Assembly: GCA_044352465.1 (NCBI GenBank)
Contig: JBILDU010000079.1
Location: 1-14,523 of the forward strand
DNA from: Bdellovibrionota bacterium
GTDB taxonomy: Bacteria; Bdellovibrionota_C; UBA2361
Direction: 5' to 3'
Length of the DNA stretch: 14,523 bases
Shown here: in pieces, positions 8,154-14,523 of the stretch
Layout: each line of letters opens with the position of its first letter
How positions within the stretch are numbered: the stretch's first letter is position 1
Notes under the pieces: generated by a model
The model's input: only the letters and a program-made list of their open reading frames with translations
Told to the model about the DNA's origin: nothing
Databases searched by the model: none
Program-made: the position numbers and the translations under genes

Positions 8154-8763
8154 TCTCCCAGCCAGCTTTGGTAGAATTCCAGCCCTGCCGCGCAAAGACT
8201 TGGCCTTTGCCGGTATAGGGTAAGCCAGCAAAATGCTCGGGTAGAAAATAGTGTGACGGGTAAATAGTGATGTCGCGGTAGCTCATCCGCCGAATTGTTT
8301 CCGTGAGTCTGCCAGGTCCACGGTATTCCCATGGGAGGAGGTTCCCCGGATATTCCACCCCTATGTCGTGGATGATCTGCCCGATGAGGGGATGTTCGGG
8401 GATTGCGCCAACGATCCCGTTGGCGATGAGCCCGGGGCGTAGAAGTTCGGATTCCCAGCAGGCGAAGACGTCAGGTTCTAAGAGCCAATCTTCAAGGGGG
8501 CGCAGGCATTCGGAGTCAGCATCGAGTGCTATTCCACCAAACTCGTACAGCAGCTCCCATCGCATGCAATCAGCTACTCCGCAGATATGAGTTCCCCAAA
8601 AGTGCTGCATGCGCACCGCGAGTCTCCAGCCGCGCTTCAGGGACTCATTTCCCCAGAGTGTTATCTCGTAGTGAGGGTTAAATTTTCGCCATGTGTCAAT
8701 GAGGGCGTGCGGGGCTTTTGACTGATCGCCTACCCATACGAAGTGGAGTCGCTTTGGGATCAT
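8140..8763 (-). CDS. Glycosyltransferase family 32 (DXD sugar-binding region, OCH1/SUR1-like)
   Basis: MIPKRLHFVWVG N-terminus; IDTWRKFNPHYEITLW; ADCMRWELLYEFGGIALDADSECLRPLE (DXD = DAD); IANGIVGAIPEHP; GPGRLT; IYPSHYFLP. ATG 8763 is preferred over TTG 8784 because family members typically start at MIPK. Confidence 0.9.
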   Translation of the reverse strand: MIPKRLHFVWVGDQSKAPHALIDTWRKFNPHYEITLWGNESLKRGWRLAVRMQHFWGTHICGVADCMRWELLYEFGGIALDADSECLRPLEDWLLEPDVFACWESELLRPGLIANGIVGAIPEHPLIGQIIHDIGVEYPGNLLPWEYRGPGRLTETIRRMSYRDITIYPSHYFLPEHFAGLPYTGKGQVFARQGWNSTKAGWERPPG

Positions 8764-8909
8764 CGGGAGGTGCTTGGCTGGCAAAATAAAAAATGGCTTC
8801 TTAAGTGTAGAGCGACCGAGCCGATTCGTCTACAGTGCGCCCGTGAGCTTTCTGTGTGCGGCTAATTCCGCGGAGCATCATCAGCGCCGACGGAATGGGG
8901 ACGGTGATT

Positions 8910-9734
8910 CTATCGATTGAAATCGAGTACCGCTCGTATTTTGTGTTCTCTCGGCGCGATGGGTGCGATTACCTCAAAGACCGGTGGCGTGCGGTTGATG
9001 TCGGTGTGACGGACGACGAAGGATTGCGTATCGGGTAGCTGCTCGCGATAGCTCTCGATATCTACCTCGAGCAGAATCCCCGTGTTCATCAGCTTGCGAA
9101 CGCGGGGGTCGGTGGTGTCGATTTTGAGCACGGCGAGAAGGTCGTTGGGGCGGTTTTTGGGCCACGGCTGGGCGTACCCCGCTACCCAAGAGAGCTCGCT
9201 CCCCATGAAGAATCCCGGATCGATCTCCAGGAAGTCGGGGAGTTGGCAGATCTCTTGGGCGACGAAGGCGATATCTTCCGGTGACAGCCAGCCGACCTGG
9301 CGTTGTAGCGCGTAGGATAAGCCATTCGTAGCATGGTATAATTTTTGGTCTGGGAAAATCCGTTTGATGCGCTCGAGGTCGACAACTCCAGAGCGCTCAT
9401 AGGAGAGATCGAAGTAGGTTCTAATCTCGCCGTACTCCTGAGCTGTCAGGCGTCGATCGAGGGGGAGCGCCGTGATGCCTTCCGGGCGGTACCCGCGAGA
9501 GGAGAGAAGTTCTCGTAGCGGGGCGAGTATGTCCTCGGGGAGAATAAGGTCTGCTGTAGGGCCGAGAGTTATCTCGGGTGAATGCCCCTTGCCTCCGACC
9601 AGGGCGGCTCTTTTGACAGCGGAGAGGATGGATTCCTCGTCTCCCTGTGACGGGTCCTCGCCCCCCTCGCGGGTTAGGCGCGCCATCCGCTCGATGGAGC
9701 GATAGTTTTGTTCGATCCGTGTCTCTGCCATCAC
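8910..9734 (-). CDS. Hypothetical protein; C-terminal half has an ADP-ribosyltransferase-like (H-Y-E clade) motif pattern
   Basis: 274-aa ORF with natural-looking composition (start GTG 9734 or ATG 9731). Motifs in order: KLYHAT, PGFFMGSELSWVAGYA, LAVLKIDT, QSFVV. The CDS call is fairly secure; the ART assignment is tentative. Confidence 0.65.
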   Translation of the reverse strand: MMAETRIEQNYRSIERMARLTREGGEDPSQGDEESILSAVKRAALVGGKGHSPEITLGPTADLILPEDILAPLRELLSSRGYRPEGITALPLDRRLTAQEYGEIRTYFDLSYERSGVVDLERIKRIFPDQKLYHATNGLSYALQRQVGWLSPEDIAFVAQEICQLPDFLEIDPGFFMGSELSWVAGYAQPWPKNRPNDLLAVLKIDTTDPRVRKLMNTGILLEVDIESYREQLPDTQSFVVRHTDINRTPPVFEVIAPIAPREHKIRAVLDFNR

Positions 9735-10031
9735 ATCTTGTTATGGGGCGTCGGCCGATTATGCGACCGATCTGTGACATTAAAGATTCCGAGTAAAATC
9801 AACTGTCTGAGTCGGCTAGTTATTTCCGGGGAAGGCGCCAAAGCTAGGCTGCGAAGAAAAATCTGAGCAAGTCATATCATCAACAACTGTAGGGGGTCGT
9901 TGAGCTGAGCCCCTCGGAGACTTTTTTGCGCTCGTGTGCCGATATCCCCACTTCCTTAAGCACAGCTATCAACGGCTGCCCTAGCTGTATTTACACCAAT
10001 GCTGGATTTTCCAAGAGCTAAGGGAGGAGGC

Positions 10032-10679
10032 CTATACTCCTCGATTGGTCCATTTGGTCTCGTCGCCGCGCGGGGTGCAGTAACCTTGTAGATCGTCGAG
10101 TTGGGCGCGGGTAAGAGTGAGCGGGGTAGCCTCGTGCGCGCGGCCTTCCGACGACGGAGCCGTGTTCCGTTCGGCGATGCGATTAAACTCCATCGTGGCG
10201 TCGAGGAGGGAGGCGTGGAGAGCCGGTAGGTGTTCCTCGATCGGCGACCTTGTCTCGTACGCCATTAAGACCTGTTCGAGGCAACGCTGAAGATCTAGTA
10301 ACTTCCCCCAAGCGCGGTCGAACGCACGTTCATCAAGTTGATGCAGCGAGCTCATTCTCGTTGGAGTCGCGGAGAACTCTCTTACGATGGCGAGAAGTTC
10401 CGGCTGTGCCGCGCTGATATCCTGAACAAGTTTGGGTAGATTTTCAGCCGCGACAGACAGAGGGGTGAATTGATCGGTCATGGTGGTTAGGAGAGAACGT
10501 ACTCGGTCGACGGAGGAGTCTCTTTGAGCCAGCGCGTTCTCTTGGCTTGTGCGCTCTGCGCAAGCGACGACTGCTCGTGCTATCGAGGGGCAGAGGCCCT
10601 CAAGCGACTGATCGGTGAGGGTGTCAGAAGCTGCGTGTGTCGGGGGTGTGGGGTGATGTGCGTTATTTGGCTGCATCAT
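10032..10679 (-). CDS. Hypothetical, predicted alpha-helical protein
   Basis: 215-aa ORF with a GAGGGAG Shine-Dalgarno-like sequence 9 nt upstream of the ATG. Pro/His-rich disordered N-terminus, then amphipathic helical segments. No recognisable family motif. Confidence 0.6.
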   Translation of the reverse strand: MMQPNNAHHPTPPTHAASDTLTDQSLEGLCPSIARAVVACAERTSQENALAQRDSSVDRVRSLLTTMTDQFTPLSVAAENLPKLVQDISAAQPELLAIVREFSATPTRMSSLHQLDERAFDRAWGKLLDLQRCLEQVLMAYETRSPIEEHLPALHASLLDATMEFNRIAERNTAPSSEGRAHEATPLTLTRAQLDDLQGYCTPRGDETKWTNRGV

Positions 10680-10856
10680 AGAACGAAACTCCCTCAGAGC
10701 AGGGGCGTTAACCCCTATCAGTTAGGGAGCAATGATAGCCGAAGGAGGGGGTCTAATAAAGGCGAATGTCTATGAGGGATTGATTGGAGGGCTCTATAAC
10801 CGCCGTTTAGACCCGGCCAGGTGTTTTCTATCGGTCGGGGCATTATCTCAAAATCC

Positions 10857-11708
10857 TCATCGGGACGTTTTCGGGATGCGGGTGGAGGGTCTGGCACGTT
10901 TAGGTATTGGGAGTGCTGGCTCCTCACCAAAGCTGTACGAGGTCACAACGATCTTCGCACCACTCTGTCCGTCAAGCTCCACTGCTTCGGTAGTGTCTTT
11001 GTCAAAAGCTGCGAGGTAGCCCCGGACACGCTGATGAAATTCCCTCCCGTTTTCAAGGATCCAACGCTTAATCTCAGGGAGTTTGTCGACAGGGAGGTTG
11101 TCGTACGCGGTTTTGAGATGGAGATTGCGCGGGTCTGGATTGAGAAGCATGTTTTCTTCGGCAGAGCGGAGGCAGCCCTCGAGGTTGGTTTCAACGATCT
11201 TCGTGGCGCGGTCGATATCCCCTGGGATGAGGGCCTCGCGCTTGATGAGACGGACCATGTCATCCTCAACCACGACGAGTCCCGCTCGTTTGAGTTCAGC
11301 CAAGATAGTTCCGTCATGAGTATCTTTACTCACGGAGTAGACAAGTTTACTGAACTCATTTCCTTTAACTTTCCAGCCGAGGGGCCGCGGTTTTTTTGAG
11401 CTATCGAGAAATTTTGGCGCGGTTTCCCACTTGCTGAGTACCCGGGCCACCAGGCTGGCGCTGTATTCGCTTGGTTGGTGTTTGCCCTTGAGGTACTCGC
11501 TAATCTCCCGGCGATAGAGCCCCGTCATGACACTGATGCGGCTGATGTTGACCTTGCGGCCCTTGTTTACCATCTCCTCTTGGGCAGCCTCGATGAAAAG
11601 CTCTTTGCCGATGACGATCAGGTCGTGGATCGAATAGCCATGGCGAAGGAATGCCCGGATGATCGGTTTTAGGTAATGCCGTATCTGTTCCTTCGTCAGT
11701 ACCGCCAT
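10857..11708 (-). CDS. DUF6502-like protein (putative HTH/winged-helix DNA-binding protein)
   Basis: The pattern LKPIIRAFLRHGYS...KELFIEAA...NISRISVMTGLYRREI...ARVLSKW...PRPL...FSKLVYSVSKD...ILAELKRAG matches my recollection of DUF6502 proteins. ATG 11708 has an upstream GGAG and lies downstream of the predicted promoter. Confidence 0.8.
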   Translation of the reverse strand: MAVLTKEQIRHYLKPIIRAFLRHGYSIHDLIVIGKELFIEAAQEEMVNKGRKVNISRISVMTGLYRREISEYLKGKHQPSEYSASLVARVLSKWETAPKFLDSSKKPRPLGWKVKGNEFSKLVYSVSKDTHDGTILAELKRAGLVVVEDDMVRLIKREALIPGDIDRATKIVETNLEGCLRSAEENMLLNPDPRNLHLKTAYDNLPVDKLPEIKRWILENGREFHQRVRGYLAAFDKDTTEAVELDGQSGAKIVVTSYSFGEEPALPIPKRARPSTRIPKTSR

Positions 11709-11751
11709 TTTGTTTCTCTCCGCAAAGAGGTGTATCGGCAAAAACTGGTAA

Positions 11752-11780
11752 ATCTTAACAGATAGAGGTGGGGCTGTCAG
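11752..11780 (-). promoter_or_regulatory. Sigma70-type promoter for the DUF6502-like gene
   Basis: The minus strand reads CTGACA-17 nt-TAAGAT: 5/6 match at -35, 4/6 at -10 with the key T, A and T kept, plus an extended -10 TGn (TGtTAAGAT). It lies about 45 nt upstream of ATG 11708. Confidence 0.55.
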
Positions 11781-12004
11781 TGGGGGTATTCCGCTGGCTT
11801 TAGGGCGAATTGGTTTGATTCGGGTCTTGTTAGGGTACTTCAGGTACGTCGGGCGCCTCCGCTACGGTACGGTATCTGCGCGGCCATCCTGGCCGCACTC
11901 GGATCTCGGCCCCAAAATCTCTGGCAGGTAAAAAAACTTTTTTAGCGGAACACGAAAGGGCTATTTAAACCCAGTTATGCGGGGCGTCTTGTGGTGTCGA
12001 AACT

Positions 12005-12032
12005 TTCCAACATGGCGTTACTCTGCTACTTT
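12005..12032 (+). promoter_or_regulatory. Possible extended -10 sigma70 promoter for the PHP-like/pyruvyltransferase genes
   Basis: TTCCAA-16 nt-TACTTT with TGn directly before the -10, 30 nt upstream of ATG 12063. Confidence 0.3.
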
Positions 12033-12062
12033 CGGAGGCTTAGTTGTTGGTTTAGCTCGGTT

Positions 12063-12920
12063 ATGTTGCTCGTCGCAGATACCCACGTTCATATTTATCC
12101 GTCCTACAATCTTGAGGTAGCGCTGGGTGCCGCCTTCGAAAACTTGGGGCGTCTGGCCGGTCAGGCCAGCGGTGGAGTTGTTCGTGTTGCTTGCCTAACG
12201 GAGCGGCATGATTGCCACATGTTCAAAGCCCTACGGGGTGGCAACGTTCCCCTCGATCCCCGTTACTCTTTGCATCATCACGGTGACGAGGTGTTAATGG
12301 TGGCGCGTGATGGGGGGGAAGAGCTGCTCCTCCTCGTTGCGGGCAGGCAGATCGTCACTCGCGAGCGGCTTGAGGTATTGGCTCTCACCACCGATGCGGA
12401 GATCCCGGACGGTCTCGCAATCGGGGAGGTGCTCGAGCGAATAGGAGGGGCAGGGGGCGTCCCGGTCCTCCCATGGGGTGCTGGTAAGTGGTTGTTTGGT
12501 CGTGGAAGAGTGATTCGCCGGGTATTGAACGCGGCCCAAAAAGCGACCTTGCTCGTGGGGGACTCATCTCTTCGCCCAGCGGGATGGGGTGAACCTGGAA
12601 TCATGAGTTTGGCGCGCTCGCGTGGTATACGGGTGGTTGCTGGCTCGGATCCGTTACCTGTCCCCGGAGAGGAGCAACGGATCGGGACGTATGGAATACT
12701 CGGAGAGTACGATTTCAACTGGCGCGATCCGCTCGGTTCGATACGTGGCTTGCTGCTCGAGTCGCCGAGTCTACGGACGGTTGGTGAGCGGGGAGATGTA
12801 CGGACCGTATGGTCGCGTCTTATGGCTCATCGGCGGATGAAAAGGGGAGGCTGTGACCGAGGAGGTGGGGCATCGCCGGTCGGCGGCCATCGAGGAGTTG
12901 TTGAAGTGCCGTGTGCCTAG
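12063..12920 (+). CDS. PHP-fold (polymerase/histidinol phosphatase-like) protein with a degenerate metal site
   Basis: ADTHVH (D-x-H-x-H), CLTERH, AGRQIVT, EVLAL, GGVPVLPW and VVAGSDP occupy the positions of the PHP motifs DxHxH, TDH, GxE, H, aHP and GSDxH. ATG 12063 is preferred because DxHxH normally lies at the extreme N-terminus. Confidence 0.7.
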   Translation: MLLVADTHVHIYPSYNLEVALGAAFENLGRLAGQASGGVVRVACLTERHDCHMFKALRGGNVPLDPRYSLHHHGDEVLMVARDGGEELLLLVAGRQIVTRERLEVLALTTDAEIPDGLAIGEVLERIGGAGGVPVLPWGAGKWLFGRGRVIRRVLNAAQKATLLVGDSSLRPAGWGEPGIMSLARSRGIRVVAGSDPLPVPGEEQRIGTYGILGEYDFNWRDPLGSIRGLLLESPSLRTVGERGDVRTVWSRLMAHRRMKRGGCDRGGGASPVGGHRGVVEVPCA

Positions 12921-13068
12921 AGCGTCGCGGTCAGGCGGCTAGGGGAATGACGTGTCAGCAAGGCAGTCATGGCGAGCCGTTGCCTCATGATTTGCCTGTC
13001 CCGGGGGCGGGAGTCTTCGTCAGGGATTACTTTTTATTCGCTCACGCAGTTTTTGTGAAAGGCTTGAT

Positions 13069-14313
13069 ATGGTTCATTCAGTGACACTTTTGGGCTCCTC
13101 GTCAGGTCGTAACGCCGGTGATGCTGCGCTCATCTCGGGGATAATGGAGTCGGTCGATGCCGCGTTAGGACGGTCGTTGGTATATGAAATCCCGACGATA
13201 AAGCCTGATTTTGTGCGCTCCAGTTATCCAAATCGGGTGGAGCCGATCTCGATGCTGCCCTGGAGTGGTTCGCTAAAGATGTTAGGGATTCCCACCTATC
13301 GTTCGATTATGCGAACCGATCTTTCGCTTATTTTTGATGCAATTCTCTTCGATCGACAGCTCTATAACCCGCTTTTTAATTTTCTGTCGACGCTGGCGTT
13401 GATGTTACCGATGGCGAAAAAACGGGGGAAGAAGCTGGGGTTCTTTAACGTTGGTGCGGGCCCGGTGACGACGCCGCGGGGGCGCGAGATGCTACGACGC
13501 TTGGCGGACTCGATGGATTTTATCACCGTCCGCGATCAGAGCTCGTATAATATTCTGATGGATATCGGAGTGTCGAACCCACGGATTTTGGTAACGGCCG
13601 ATGCCGCGTTGAACGTGACTCCGGCGCCAGTTGAGCGGGTTGATGCGATTCTACGTTCACATGGACTGACGCCAGGAGAAGAGATCTTGGCGATAAATAT
13701 TAGTAAGTATCTCGATACATGGGCAGGTGCGACAGCATCTTCGATGGGTAAGGAGCGTTTTCTGAATGAGTATAGCGCCGCGCTTGATACGGTGGCGAAA
13801 CAACTTGATGTGCCGATGTTGTTTGTCTGCACGCAACACCACGATATCGAGGTGACGCGTGAACTGATGATGCGGGTTACTGCGGCGGAGCGTAAAGCGC
13901 TCGTAACAAACCGAGAGTGTTCCCACTACGAGATCCACGGTATTTTGGGGCGGGTCGCGTTGCTTTTTGGAATGCGGCTCCACGCCACTATCTTGGCGTC
14001 CTCGCTGCTTACTCCGGTGCTGGCACTGCCCCATCAGCCAAAAGTGGCCCATTATTTTAAGACCCTTGGATTGGATGAGTATGTTCTCACCTTCGATAGG
14101 TTTAGCGCGGCATCGCTGGCTGAACATATCCTGAAGGGCTGGGCGGAGCGGCCTCGGATCTCCGCCCTCCTCAAGCAGTTCATTCCCCCCAGTAAGAAGC
14201 GAGCGCTGAAAGCCTCTGAGCTCGTGCTTGCGATCGCTCGTGGGGAGGACCTCGACGCCGCCGTCGCGCGCCTCAAGAATGACGCGATCCTCTCCGCCGC
14301 TCAACTCGGCTGA
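13069..14313 (+). CDS. Polysaccharide pyruvyltransferase family protein (WcaK/CsaB-like, GT-B fold)
   Basis: LLGSSSGRNAGDAAL, NVGAGP, FITVRDQSS, VTADAAL, LFGMRLHATILA and PVLALPHQPKV match the NxGD, GxGP, vRD, aDxa and mRLH motifs of PS_pyruv_trans proteins. Confidence 0.9.
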   Translation: MVHSVTLLGSSSGRNAGDAALISGIMESVDAALGRSLVYEIPTIKPDFVRSSYPNRVEPISMLPWSGSLKMLGIPTYRSIMRTDLSLIFDAILFDRQLYNPLFNFLSTLALMLPMAKKRGKKLGFFNVGAGPVTTPRGREMLRRLADSMDFITVRDQSSYNILMDIGVSNPRILVTADAALNVTPAPVERVDAILRSHGLTPGEEILAINISKYLDTWAGATASSMGKERFLNEYSAALDTVAKQLDVPMLFVCTQHHDIEVTRELMMRVTAAERKALVTNRECSHYEIHGILGRVALLFGMRLHATILASSLLTPVLALPHQPKVAHYFKTLGLDEYVLTFDRFSAASLAEHILKGWAERPRISALLKQFIPPSKKRALKASELVLAIARGEDLDAAVARLKNDAILSAAQLG

Positions 14314-14455
14314 GCCGCTCTCCTTGTCCGTCCCAAGTGTGTAAGAGGTTTATCTGAATGAAGAAAGTGATATTTTCTGGTGGATCTGGCGCCTGGTAGT
14401 ACAAAAAAGTCGCTGAATTTTGCAACAGCTGCTCCGTGTTTCCGAGAACGGAATC

Positions 14456-14523
14456 ATGGGCAGACCAAGAAAACAAATACTATCGAACGAAGTCTACGAG
14501 GTTTGTATGCGAACGGGGCATGG
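14456..14523 (+). mobile_element. 5' end of a probable HUH/Y1 transposase gene (RAYT/IS200-like); truncated by the window
   Basis: ATG 14456 opens MGRPRKQILSNEVYEVCMRTGH..., similar to the RAYT N-terminal pattern M(P/A)RxxR....xYHvxxR. An imperfect hairpin lies directly upstream (14433-14452). Only 22 codons are visible, so the HUH and Tyr motifs cannot be confirmed. Confidence 0.5.

Noticed and set aside
10701..10716. AGGGG-cgttaa-CCCCT dyad sharing a GTTAAC core with the 8131 palindrome
   Set aside because: The arms are in the opposite order (G-run first versus C-run first) and only 5 bp; probably coincidental.
10821..11399. Plus-strand 192-aa ORF
   Set aside because: It is antisense to the DUF6502-like gene, which has family motifs, an RBS and a promoter.
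13004..13015. ops-like sequence (GGGCGGGAGTCT) upstream of the pyruvyltransferase
   Set aside because: It mismatches the GGCGGTAG core and has no JUMPstart context.
13657..14476. Minus-strand ORFs 13657-14304 and 14273-14476
   Set aside because: The first is a shadow of the pyruvyltransferase; the second is short, has no motifs and overlaps better-supported features.
1..14523. CRISPR arrays, tRNA or rRNA genes
   Set aside because: I saw no regularly spaced direct repeats, cloverleaf/T-loop signatures or rRNA-like segments in any intergenic region.

Overview
Bacterial, moderately GC-rich window, probably from a diderm, with three blocks. (1) 1-8084, + strand: the 3' part of a tightly spaced operon. 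It holds the C-terminus of a multiheme cytochrome c (4 CXXCH visible), a lipoprotein with two GlcG/HbpS-like domains, a predicted outer-membrane beta-barrel, and a 1236-aa exported protein with 10 CXXCH motifs fused to an LVIVD-repeat beta-propeller. It looks like a trans-outer-membrane redox or enzymatic system of unknown function. It does not resemble MtrCAB and is the most interesting feature here. (2) 8140-11708, - strand: a GT32 (DXD) glycosyltransferase, an orphan with an ADP-ribosyltransferase-like motif pattern, a helical orphan, and a DUF6502-like putative HTH protein with a good sigma70-type promoter. (3) 12063-14523, + strand: a degenerate PHP-fold protein, a polysaccharide pyruvyltransferase-family protein, and the first 22 codons of a probable HUH/Y1 (RAYT/IS200-like) transposase. 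I saw no rRNA, tRNA or CRISPR array. All family calls come from reading motifs by eye; no database searches were run.
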